Positions 1 through 9,970 are shown, counted from the stretch's first letter. The stretch: 18,932 nucleotides of DNA from Octopus sinensis (GCF_006345805.1 NW_021824383.1:1-18932), one strand, 5' to 3'. Numbers and translations are program-made. The notes: a model not told the origin generated them from the sequence alone.

Positions 1-115
1 TTACAAGCAATGCTTGGAAGGAACATGTGTAGCGTGTGATCGTCGCATTGTCCTTGACGGAGAAAGCTTCGTTACTATAGCAAAAGTACGAATGCTTATT
101 GACCAGACCTCGTAT

Positions 116-230
116 ACACACACACACACATATATATATATACATACACAAATAGATATATACATATATTATGTATATATGTATATGCATATACATGTAT
201 ACATGCACAGATATATACATACAGATATAT
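116..230. repeat. (CA)n/(TA)n degenerate dinucleotide microsatellite
   Basis: Direct reading of CACACA/TATATA runs. Confidence 0.85.
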
Positions 231-255
231 AATTTGATATTCTTAAAGCTTATGG

Positions 256-316
<61 letters not shown>

Positions 317-446
317 GTCTATCTACATACATACATACATGCAAACATACATGCATGCATACATACATACATACATACATACATACATACATACATACAT
401 ACATACATACATACATACATACATACATACGTATGTATGTATATAT
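256..446. repeat. Compound tetranucleotide microsatellite (TATC)n-(TACA)n
   Basis: TATC run to about 325, then a TACA run; accounts for ORF 171..482. Confidence 0.95.
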
Positions 447-516
447 AAAAACGGATGGAAAATCATTGAAGACTTGAATTAGAATTAATAGTTATTGGGT
501 GGTTGGGAGCGGCAAA

Positions 517-735
517 GACGTCGAACTGGCAGAATTGTTAGCACGTCAGGGAAAATGCTTGGCGGTATTTCGTCCGTCATTACGTTCTGAGTTCAAATTC
601 CGCTGAGGTCGACTTTGCCGTTTTACCTTTTCGGGGTCGAAAAAATAAGTAGCAGTTGATCACTGGGATCGTTGTAATTGACTTAACACTCTTCCCTGAA
701 CTTGCTGGCCTTGTGCCAAAATTTGAAACCAATTA
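517..735 (+). mobile_element. tRNA-derived SINE, family A copy 1 (tail type 1)
   Basis: A-box-like TGGCAGAATTG, B-box-like GAGTTCAAATTCC, body TTTCGGGGTCGAAAAAATAAGTAG and tail GGCCTTGTGCCAAAATTTGAAACCAAT. Colinear with copies at 5785, 17012 and 17243. Confidence 0.9.
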
Positions 736-794
736 GGGAAACAGTCCACGAATTCGCTAACTGTTATATGCGTGTGTATGTATGTATACATATA

Positions 795-1089
795 CAGGGT
801 GTCCCAAAAGTCACTGACGGGTTTCAATTTTTAATAACTTCCTTAACTTTACAAATAGATGCATGAAATTTTGATAAAATTTAAAGGACATATTGGAAAT
901 TAATATGCAAAAGTCAAATTTTGTAAAACCACTAAATTACTTATGAAAAAGGACATCGCTTAAATGGCAGCCATGTTCGACCTCGCACGCCCGTGCTCTT
1001 CCTAAAACTTGTACTATAACACCCTCAAACGTTTCAGATTCCCCTTTTCTGTTTTCTCTATTGATGTTCTCCTGCAGTTGCTCCAACGT
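795..1089 (-). mobile_element. 3' end of a Tc1/mariner-superfamily DNA transposon (TIR plus transposase C-terminus)
   Basis: TA|CAGGGTGTCCCAAAAG terminus at 793-810. Minus-strand 1089..937 reads TLEQLQENINRENRKGESETFEGVIVQVLGRARACEVEHGCHLSDVLFHK*, resembling the 'TLEELK..I...I...R...C....G.HL..' end of Tc1/mariner transposases. No second TIR or WPxxSPDL motif seen. Confidence 0.75.
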
Positions 1090-1591
1090 AAATTGAGAAA
1101 ATGTAGAAGGAAAACGGATTCCCGAGTACTGGCATTGTAGGAAGGTAGGATTTGAGCGTAAGGGTTTGTGTTAATGCTCGAATTAGCTAAAGCTAGACAA
1201 ATGGAGGATGAGCTCTTAATCCTTGATAAGGTCGCTCCGTATGGCGCAAGAAAAGCGATCAGGTCAATTGGACAAAATATACCGCCACCACCTCCATCCA
1301 CTACATTAGGGAGGGTGTATAAGCGAGTGTCCAACACGGTATGCAACTAAACTACTCGCTCATAATCCAATATGCGCCTACTCCTGAATGAAGCGGTCAC
1401 TGGAAATCCTAGCCTCTGCGTGTACCCTACGGTAAGCTAGAATTTTAAATGGTCGCATTATCTCCTACGTTCTGGCTGATTCTTCTAGTTTCACAATATC
1501 CTGATGATTAGGATTTGAAACTTGATAGGATTGAGGCCTCAACAGTAAAACCAATCAAGAAATATCTTATGAATATATATATATATATATA

Positions 1592-1797
1592 TTTACTCTT
1601 TTACTTGTTTCAGTCATTTGACTGCGGCCATGCTGGAGCACCGCCTTTAGTCGAGCAAATCGACCCCGGGACTTATTCTTTGTAAGCCCAGTACTTATTC
1701 TATCGGTCACTTTTGCCGAACCGCTAAGTGACGGGGACATAAACACACACCATCGGTTGTCAAGCAATGCTAGAGGGACAACACAGACACACAAACA
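1592..1797 (-). mobile_element. SINE family B, 3' half only
   Basis: ACTTGTTTCAGTCATTTGACTGCGGCCATGCTGGAGCACCGCC... is colinear with 2511-2710 and 6765-6990; it stops at the internal microsatellite. Confidence 0.9.
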
Positions 1798-2093
1798 TAT
1801 ACCCATACATACATATATATATATATATATTATATATATATATATATATAATATATATATATATTACATGTTTATTTACAAATTGCAGAGCGTTATACTT
1901 TCAAAATGAGAATTTTCTCAGATCGATTGAATATTTATCTTTGTTTTGTTTTATTTTATAGTATTGTATTTTATTTATTTTTTATTGTCCTTGATTCTTT
2001 ACGTTTAACGAGAATACACTTTAGTAAAAGAAAAAAAAAACACAGTTACCCTTCTATTCTTTTGAATACTAATACCATCATCAACAATGACAA

Positions 2094-2208
2094 GTACAGA
2101 TAGGAAGCCCTGTATACAGATAGGAAGCCCTGTATACAGATAGGAAGCCCTGTATACAGATAGGAAGCCCTGTATACAGATAGGAAGCCCTGTATACAGA
2201 TAGGAAGC
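2094..2208. repeat. 20-bp minisatellite, 5 perfect units (TAGGAAGCCCTGTATACAGA) plus partial flanks
   Basis: Identical units at 2101, 2121, 2141, 2161 and 2181; partial units at 2094-2100 and 2201-2208. Confidence 0.97.
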
Positions 2209-2510
2209 GCTGTTGCTATTTGCTTTCCAAGCGCCACAAGTACACACAAACACACTCAAATATAACGTGCAAAAATATATTCGTAAACTACAGGTTGAAA
2301 GGCAAATATTAATATAAATATCAAGCCCTAATGCTTTTTACGGCGGTACATGAAACCCCATGAGACCAAGGTATAAGCTCAGTATTTATATATTAATATT
2401 TATATTTGTATTACTACATGTATTTTGTATGTGTATTTCACATGTAGATAAAGTCCCACTTAAAATCTACAACTGTATGTTAGTAAAACATTAAGATATA
2501 CTGAAAGATA

Positions 2511-3060
2511 TACTCTTTTACATGTTTCAGCCATTTGACTGGGTCCATGCTGGAGCACCGCCTTTAGTCGAGCAAATCGACCCCAGGACTTATTCTTTGT
2601 AAGCCTAGTACTTATTCTATCGGTCTCTTTTGCCGAACCGCTTACAGGGACGTAAGCACACAAGCATCGGTTCTCAAGCAATGTTGGGGGGACAAACACA
2701 GACACACAAACATATACACATACATACTTACATACATATATATATATATATGTGTGTGTGTGTATGTATATATATATATGTATGTATATATAATGTATGT
2801 ATATATATATATGTATGTATATATATATGTATATATATATATATTATATATATATATATATAATATATAATATATATATATATATATAATATATATACAT
2901 ATATATACGACGGGCTTCTTTCAGTTTCCGTCTACCAATCCACAAGGTTTTTTTGGTCGGCCGAGGCTATAGAGAAGACACTTGCCCAAGGTGCCACGCA
3001 GTGGGACTGAACCCGGAACCATGTGGTTCGTAAGGATGCTACTTACCACACACCCACACT
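2511..3060 (-). mobile_element. Full-length tRNA-derived SINE family B with internal (TA/TG)n microsatellite
   Basis: The minus-strand head has TGGTAAGTAGC...GGTTCAGTCCC (A/B-box-like). The microsatellite spans about 2710-2905, and the 3' body matches 1592-1797. Confidence 0.9.
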
Positions 3061-3072
3061 ATATATATATAT

Positions 3073-3103
<31 letters not shown>

Positions 3104-3105
<2 letters not shown>

Positions 3106-3414
3106 AGGCGCAATGGCCCAGTGGTTAGGGCAGTGGATTCGTGGTTGTAGGATCGAGGTTTCGATTCCCAGACCGGGCATTGTGAGTGTATATTGAGCGA
3201 AACCACCTAAAAGCTCCACGAGACTCTGGCAAGGGGTGGTGGCGATCCCTGCTGTACTCTTTCGCCATAACTTTCTCTCACTCTTTCTTCTGTTGGCCTG
3301 CTCGCTTAGCCCGCGGGGTGGCGTCATTTGAAGGCTAAAACAATGCGAATCGCATTGTGACCAGCGATGTGTAGCAACATCTGATAGCCTGGTCGGTCAC
3401 AGTGATCACGGTGA
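3104..3414 (+). mobile_element. tRNA-derived SINE family C
   Basis: Head GGAGGCGCAATGGCCCAGTGGTTAGGGCAG...GGTTTCGATTCCC with A and B boxes, then a non-tRNA body of about 230 bp ending in (TA)n. Confidence 0.85.
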
Positions 3415-3437
3415 TATATATATATATATATATATAT

Positions 3438-3716
3438 CTTCCCGTCTGTCTTGATAGACAATGGGTCGCGCCAAGGGTGGGGCCTACTTTGATGATGAGC
3501 AGCGTCTGCTGTGACTGAACAGTCCAATTCTAGAGTGGCAGTCCCTGGTACAGTTGCTGCACACGAACATCGATGGGTACGTGTGGGGGTGTTGCTGCAG
3601 TTGTACTCCTCCTGTCCCGCCTGTCCGACCACAGCTGCGCTCTCCTTTCCTCAGCCATGGAAACGCCTTTCCTCACTGTCCGACGCCAGGCAGAGCGGTC
3701 AGCAGCTGTTACCTCC

Positions 3717-3720
<4 letters not shown>
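3438..3720 (-). mobile_element. 5'-truncated RTE/BovB-clade LINE: ORF2 C-terminus plus 3' UTR
   Basis: The minus strand reads TAADRSAWRRTVRKGVSMAEERR..., then after a frameshift FVCSNCTRDCHSRIGLFSHSRRCSSSK* (C-x2-C-x12-H-x3-C; stop at 3486-3484). The short UTR GGCGCGACCCATTGTCTATCAAGACAGACGG is RTE-like. Confidence 0.88.
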
Positions 3721-3761
<41 letters not shown>

Positions 3762-3854
3762 TACATATGCATACACATTACATACATGTGTAGCTTATAC
3801 CATGCAGCAGGATGTTTACTTTTGGGTCTTGAACAAGTGTTATTGTCTTATTGT

Positions 3855-4179
3855 GAGGGCGCGTGGCTTAGTGGTTAGGGCATTCGGCTCATGATCGTAA
3901 GGTTGTGAGATCGATTCCCGGCGACGCGTTGTGTCCTTGAGCAAGACACTTTATTTCACGTTGCTCCAGTCCACTCAGCTGGCAAAAATGAGTTGTACTT
4001 GTATTTCAAAGGGTCAGCCTTGTCACTCTCTGTGTCACGCTGATTATCCCCGAGAACTACGTTAAGGGTACACGTGTCTGTGGAATGCTCAGCCATTTGC
4101 ACGTTAATTTCACGAGCAAGCTGTTCCGTTGATCGTATCAGCTGGGACCCTCGTCGTCGTAACCGGCGGAGTCTTTTAA
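3855..4179 (+). mobile_element. tRNA-derived SINE family D with 12-bp target site duplication
   Basis: Head GGCGCGTGGCTTAGTGGTTAGGG...GATCGATTCCC and central GTGTCCTTGAGCAAGACACTT block. TSD ATTGTCTTATTG at 3842-3853 and 4180-4191. Confidence 0.92.
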
Positions 4180-4748
4180 ATTGTCTTATTGCACACGTCT
4201 GAAATATTTAAGAATTGGTTTTTACTTCCTACATTAACTCGGTAATATTTTGAAATTTACCTATTTTCCAGAACATTCCAGATAGATTCAGTTCTTAGTA
4301 GCTGATAGACGATTTTCTCGAAGTTTCCCAAATTTTGTACAAGCTTTCTAGAATTACCGAAAGCTTTCATGGACTTTTTAAACTCTTTAAAACATTTCCA
4401 CTAATGTAAATTATAATATAACTACAGGGATCACTTTTATATTAGCTGCCTGGGCGGATAGGCCGTTCTGCATTCATGAGCGAAGACATCAATGACGTAT
4501 GCATTTGATTGATGGATTTTGGAGTCTGTGGCCAGATTCTCCACACCTCAGTGCAGAAATAGTCAATAGCAGTATCCGTTGCAATGTTTGGTAGGATCAA
4601 TAGAAATTCAGTTGACATCATTTCCCCTGAGAACAATGTAAAAACAATTTTTACTTACTTGTAGCCACGCGGAATTTTATATTAAAAAAGTAAATTTTAA
4701 AATTCAAAATTATAATGTCTTATTTTCAATTTTCAATGTTGTACAATA

Positions 4749-4784
<36 letters not shown>

Positions 4785-5039
4785 TTGTGTATGTTTATGT
4801 ATAGACAGTCTTCTTGGGTATAGAACCTCGAAAAATCCAAGTCATGCTTCCTATGACTTGCAACCTTTCATCTAATCAGTTCCCCTACTTCACTCTAGAT
4901 GTCAAAAGCTCGGTATTGGTTATTCTAAAACCAAGACCATTGAACAAGTCGTTGAGGTCTTTTTAGTTGGGGTGATACGGTTTTTTTTCTCTTTAGCTGC
5001 ACCACTGAAACTGTAATATGTATCCACAACGTCTTTCTT

Positions 5040-5125
5040 CTGAAGACAATTGGATACTGTGATTTAAGAGGAATTTGGTTACTATTTCTAACAGGTCGAA
5101 CATGTTCATAAAGACTCCTTCGTTC
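5040..5125 (+). mobile_element. Degenerate interspersed-repeat fragment (family E)
   Basis: GTGATTTAAGAGGAATTTGGTTACTATTTCTAACAGG aligns loosely with the reverse complement of 10678-10725; boundaries uncertain. Confidence 0.45.
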
Positions 5126-5597
5126 TATGCATATAGTGCTACAAAAAATGAAGAAATGAAATTTTACAAATGTCGAATTATTTTGGAATTTTTCAAGATT
5201 GACCTAATTCCAGACATTACTCCAGACCATATTCTAGGACCTATTCTATAGTACTTTTATAGAAAAAATGAGCTTACACGAAAAATATTAGGAAAAAACA
5301 ATTCACAAATTAATATTATTTTCTCCAGCGATACGGCTGTTGACAGGAAAAAAAATGTTTTGTTTTTCAAATGATATTTACTTTTGTAAAAACAACATTG
5401 TAAAAGAATTCATATAACATAAAGCATTTTTATTTACTTTATTTTATTTTATCTTATTTTATTTTATATCATAATATAAAATGAAATATGCGCACAACTG
5501 ATTTTTACCCCATTGCAAACAATTTGTAAGTACAATGCGGGTGATTAATGGCTCACTCTTGCAGTCCCAAAGTCAACAAGCTTACATAGCCACTGTA

Positions 5598-5775
5598 GTT
5601 ACATAGCTTAATATAAGTTATATAGTCAGTGTACTTATATAGTTAATATAAGTTATATAGTACGTATATTGTCATATAAGATATATAGTCATCATAAGTA
5701 ACATATATTGTTCATTTGGTTATACAGTCAATATAGTTATAGTGTCAATACAAATATATTGTCAATATAATTACA
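5598..5775. repeat. Degenerate AT-rich minisatellite (TTATATAGTCAATATAAG-like units)
   Basis: Recurring ATATAAGTTATATAGT and ATATTGTCA motifs; similar motifs resume at about 6025-6060, after the SINE. Confidence 0.55.
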
Positions 5776-5784
5776 AGTTCTTAA

Positions 5785-6005
5785 GGCACCGAACTGGCAG
5801 AATCGTTAGAACGTCGGGCAAAATGCTTAGCGGCATTTTGTTCGTCTTAACGCTCTGGGTTCAAATTCCGCCGAGGTTGACTTTGCCTTCCATCCTTTCG
5901 GGGTCGATAAAATAAGTACCAGTTGATTACTGGGGTCGATGTAATCGATTCGTCCCTTTCCCTGAACTTGCTAGCTTTGTGCCAAAATTTGAAACCAATA
6001 TAATT
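5785..6005 (+). mobile_element. SINE family A copy 2 (tail type 1)
   Basis: Colinear with 517-735. CAATATAATTA occurs at both 5763 and 5996 (possible TSD overlapping the tail). Confidence 0.92.
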
Positions 6006-6764
6006 ATGGGGTCAGTGAGGTTGCACAGTTACTATAGTTATATCGTCAAGTCAATATACTCCTCCTCCTACTACTACTTCTACTACTTCTACCCAATGCA
6101 AGCACACGCTGCCATATTCAACAATAACGCAAACACGAAAACATGAACAATTATAATAATAGAAGAACTTAGTATAGTGAAAAAACGACGCAAATTACTG
6201 GGAACCCAGGATATTTAAGACCAAAATCCGAAGTTATTTTCGAAAAAAAAAAAGTTGGAGGAGGTGGGGAAGAAAGTCACTGTAAGAAGTGCTTACTACG
6301 AAATTCTCCAAATGTAAGACCGCAAAAGAAAAGTAATTGAACAGTTCTTAACACAAAAAATTCACGCATTTTATTTTATTTTAATTCTTTTGAAAAACGG
6401 ACTAAAAGTTTAAGGCAGGAAATAGGCATCGCAATGTATATCAGCCATCGTTGGAATTGACTAAAACGCGATAAAAGCCACATCGAATTCTTCAAAATGG
6501 GCAATAAAATTTACAGTTTTCACAAGATATATTTCAAATTGGAATTATAAGAGATTTTATCAAATTCCTTTCAGACTGAACTGGAAAGTCTTGAAAGTTG
6601 AGTTTTGGATAGAAATATTTTAATTGCTTCTACAAACATACAGAGATTCACACGCACACATACACACATATGTGTTGTGCGTGTATATATATATGTATAT
6701 GTATATATATATACATACGTATATAAATATATATATATTATATTATATACATATATATAATCTT

Positions 6765-7200
6765 TTTTTCTTTCACTTGTTTCAGTCTTTTGAGCATGGC
6801 CATACTGGAGCACCGTCTTGAAGGGATTTAGTCGAACAAATCGATTCCAGGACATATGTTTTTTGACGCCTACTACTTTTTCTATTAGTGTCTCTTTGGC
6901 CGAATCACTAAGTTACGGCGACATAAACACACCAACACCGGTTGTCAAGCGGTGATTAGGAGGTGGGTGGACAAACACAGACACAAAGACACAAACACAT
7001 AACACACACATATATAATATATATATATTACATATATTTACACGACGGGCTTTTTTTAGTTTCCGTCTACCAAATCTACTCACAAGGCTTAGGTCGGCCC
7101 GAGGCTATAGTTGAAGATACTTGCCCAATGTCCCAAGCAGTGGGACTGAACCCGGAACCGTGTGGCTGGAAAGCAAACTTCCTACCTCACAGCCACACCT
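6765..7200 (-). mobile_element. Full-length SINE family B, short internal microsatellite
   Basis: Head 7040-7200 matches 2905-3060; body 6770-6990 matches 2515-2710. Confidence 0.9.
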
Positions 7201-7201
7201 G

Positions 7202-7205
<4 letters not shown>

Positions 7206-7247
<42 letters not shown>
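7206..7247. repeat. (AAT)n microsatellite
   Basis: Direct reading. Confidence 0.95.
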
Positions 7248-7248
<1 letters not shown>

Positions 7249-7334
7249 TTTTATAAGCTTAAAAGCGATCATCGTGTATCGACTGAAGTAAATAGTCTAA
7301 TATTGAGGCCTCGACGGAAAAAAGTAGGGTTTGC

Positions 7335-7405
7335 TGTACGCATGGGACTCGTACCCACATCTTTATGTATTCGCGAGGAGTGTGCTACCATTACACTAAC
7401 ATATC
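7335..7405 (-). pseudogene. tRNA-like element (tRNA pseudogene or isolated SINE head)
   Basis: Minus strand: D arm GTGT-AATGGTA-GCAC, T arm GTGGG-TACGAGT-CCCAT, acceptor stem 5/7 paired, anticodon stem unpaired. T6 follows about 11 nt downstream (7323-7318). Confidence 0.6.
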
Positions 7406-7585
7406 CGTGGCTTCCTTCCGTCAGATTTAAGAACTATAATTTCACATATATTTATATGAGGTTAAGTCTATGTCTAGTCATAGAGTGACTAATGATTTCG
7501 CATCCACAAAGGACTTAGCCCCATGGAGGTTTCATTGACATAAACTTAACTACAAATAAATACTTCACTGTTCTATGCTTTAAAG

Positions 7586-7881
7586 CAGCGGTTCCCAATG
7601 TGGGCAGTATGCCCCTTTGTGGGCGGCGGTAAGATCAAGATGGGCGTTGAAGAAAAGTGGAGCAATAAAAGGGTGGCCAAAAGGGGGCGATGGATGTAAA
7701 CCCCCCCCCCTCCTCAGAATAATAGACTAATTAGGTTAAGTTTTATTTGTGAAATGTTGGTGTTTTGAATTTGCTGCAGAAAGTGGTTCACATTTGTGGT
7801 GGTGAGTGAGCGGGGTGGGGCGCTAGGAATGTGGCTCGAATGTCAAGGGGGCGGCAACCCGAAAAAATTTGGGAGCCACTG
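7586..7881. mobile_element. hAT (Charlie/Buster-type) MITE, 296 bp
   Basis: TIRs CAGCGGTTCCCAA / TTGGGAGCCACTG. 8-bp TSD CTTTAAAG (7578-7585) and ATTTAAAG (7882-7889), 7/8 identical with central TA. Confidence 0.88.
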
Positions 7882-7921
7882 ATTTAAAGTGTGCTTCTTT
7901 TTCGGATATATGATACATTGA

Positions 7922-7958
<37 letters not shown>

Positions 7959-8319
7959 GTGTTTGTGTGTGCGTGTATGTATACACATAAACCCCTTTTT
8001 CTATACAAAAGTCAAGAAACAACATGTAATTCCTTTTTCCCCTTTCTTCCTTCCATCTCTATATACGTTTATACGTTATATATATCAAACTCCCCCCAAG
8101 ACTACATAGATCAATATATTTTCAGTTGAATTATAATGCGAAAACATTAATTCTCTGAATACCTATCGCTGTATTTGTATTTTTCATGTAAACATATGGA
8201 ATAAATATATTCTTAAGTTACGCTCAAATTTAAACTTGCTGTAATTACACAAAAAACTATATAAGTTTTGGATTTGGTTTGCAAGATTCTCTATGTGAGT
8301 TCGTGTGTTGAAGCATATT

Positions 8320-8559
8320 CTGTTGTGCCTGAGCAGAGTCATTCTTATAGTGCCTTATAATTTAACACACTCACCAGTAAAATTTCCACTCATTTTCTTC
8401 TTTATTTCTCTAAAATTTTCCTTGCGTCTTGCAACCTTTTCAATAGTCTTCAAGACTATTGAAAAGGTTGCAAGACGCAAGAAATAAGTGGAAATTTTAC
8501 CGGTGAGTGCGTTGCATTATAAGGCACAAAAAGAAAATTACTCTCCGCAGATACGACAG
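8320..8559. mobile_element. Foldback/palindromic MITE-like element, 240 bp
   Basis: Perfect inverted repeat 8421-8450/8452-8481; outer arms 8350-8390/8487-8527 match 37/41; looser pairing extends to 8320/8559; flanks TATT and TATA. Confidence 0.8.
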
Positions 8560-8569
8560 TATATAAGTA

Positions 8570-8661
8570 TACATACATGCATGCATCTATGTATGTATGT
8601 ATGTATGTATGTATGTATGTATGTATGTATGTATGTATGTATGTATGTATGTATGTATCTG

Positions 8662-8721
<60 letters not shown>

Positions 8722-8789
8722 CGTATGTATGTATGTATGTATGTATGTATGTATGTATGTATGTATGTATGTATCTATCTATCTATCTA
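8570..8789. repeat. Compound (TATG)n-(TATC)n-(TATG)n-(TATC)n microsatellite
   Basis: Direct reading; accounts for ORFs 8488..8790, 8577..8801 and 8597..8878. Confidence 0.95.
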
Positions 8790-9970
8790 GACACGCGCTG
8801 AGACTGCGACATCTCAGGGTCTACGTAGACGACGGTGAACAGGGGTGGTCGCCGTTTGTGAGGCACGCTTTCCCGTAACTCGTCTCCATGACCGAACTGC
8901 AGTCGTGGATCAAAAAGAGGCCGAGGAAGGGCGAATGGCACTGCGAGTGTCGCGTTGCTCTCAAGCAACTATGCCGTCCCGGGTCGACCTTGAGTGACTT
9001 CAACACAACCCAAGCATTTTATAGGGAATTAGCTCGGGGCGAACCTGGACGTCGACGAGGAATACCTGACCCGCCTGTTCAGGACGACTTTCGGGCCAGG
9101 GCCCATGGACAACTTCCAGAGATCCCTGGCCTGGCAGTGCTACCGAGAAGCGCTGCTCGTTCGGGATAAGCTCTACAGACACGGCTCAAGAAATACGGGG
9201 CCGACCTGCCCGAGATGCGGTCCAGAGCGACGAAACCGTTCTGCACGCACTCGTACAGTGTCCAACAATTTCCGACCTGTGGGCTTATGTCGAACGACTC
9301 GTGTGGGACGAGTCAGTTTATCAGCCGGGTCTATCGTCAATATTGTCACGCCTCCTTCTTTCAAACGGGAAGGAAGAGCTATTTTCATCATCCTTGTGGC
9401 TATGGCGAAAGAATGTATCTGTTGGACGCGTCTGAAAGGATTGGAGACAAGCACTTTCCTCTCTGGTCAATCTCTCATCAACTTTTTCAAGTATCACTTG
9501 AAAAGGAACGTGAGAGTAGAGAGGCAAGTTTTGTCTAGCGAATGTTTAAAAAAAAGATGGGTGAATGTAGCAAGGATGGCACGTATGAATGACGAAGCCA
9601 CCTTGAGCATAATCCTATGAAGCCGGAAAATTTAAACCAGAGGGTTACCTACTTGCAAACAAATGTGGTAACATGTAACATCATTGACCGAGGTTACCGT
9701 GGTCTTTTCCGTAGGCTTTTCTTCCCACGGATAAACCTTATCTGCTTCCCCCTTTACACTTTACACCATGACACTGTGATACATGATCCCTATTGATCGT
9801 TTTTTCCCTTTTTCCCCCTTTTTCCTTTTTTTCTTTTTCTTCTTTCCCTTTTACGATCCCTGTTGATCGAAAACCTAACCCACCTTTTTTTCTCTCCCCC
9901 CCACCCAAAGAAAAGCTCTACTTTGTAATCTGTCCCGTCTGCGTGCAGCCCTATGTGGCTAATAAAGAAA
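8790..9970 (+). mobile_element. 5'-truncated Tx1/L1-clade LINE: decayed ORF2 C-terminus plus about 350-nt 3' UTR
   Basis: Spliced across frames: RHALRLRHL..GWSPFVRHAFP*..FYREL..MDNFQRSLAWQCYREALLVRDKLYRHG..CPRCG / QSDETVLHALVQCPTISDLWAYVE / ..LVAMAKECICWTR..RWVNVARM..*. This gives a zf-RVT-like W...L..RDKL segment and a CCHC knuckle. One stop and about three frameshifts; ORF stop 9618-9620; ends in AATAAAGAAA. Confidence 0.88.

Noticed and set aside
2094-2208. CRISPR-like appearance of the 20-bp palindromic repeat
   Set aside because: The units abut with no spacers, there are no cas genes, and the context is eukaryotic.
3104-3175. SINE heads (3104, 3855 and others) as functional tRNA genes
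   Set aside because: They continue into SINE bodies, lack clean cloverleafs, and in one case have a clear TSD.
4540-4625. C/D-box snoRNA-like pattern on the minus strand (TGATGT...CTGA)
   Set aside because: The C box is imperfect and there is no terminal stem.
1251-7312. Shared 11-mers (AAAAGCGATCA; ATTGAGGCCTC) between the 1.2-1.5 kb and 7.3 kb regions
   Set aside because: There is no extended colinearity, and many 11-mer matches are expected by chance in a window this size.
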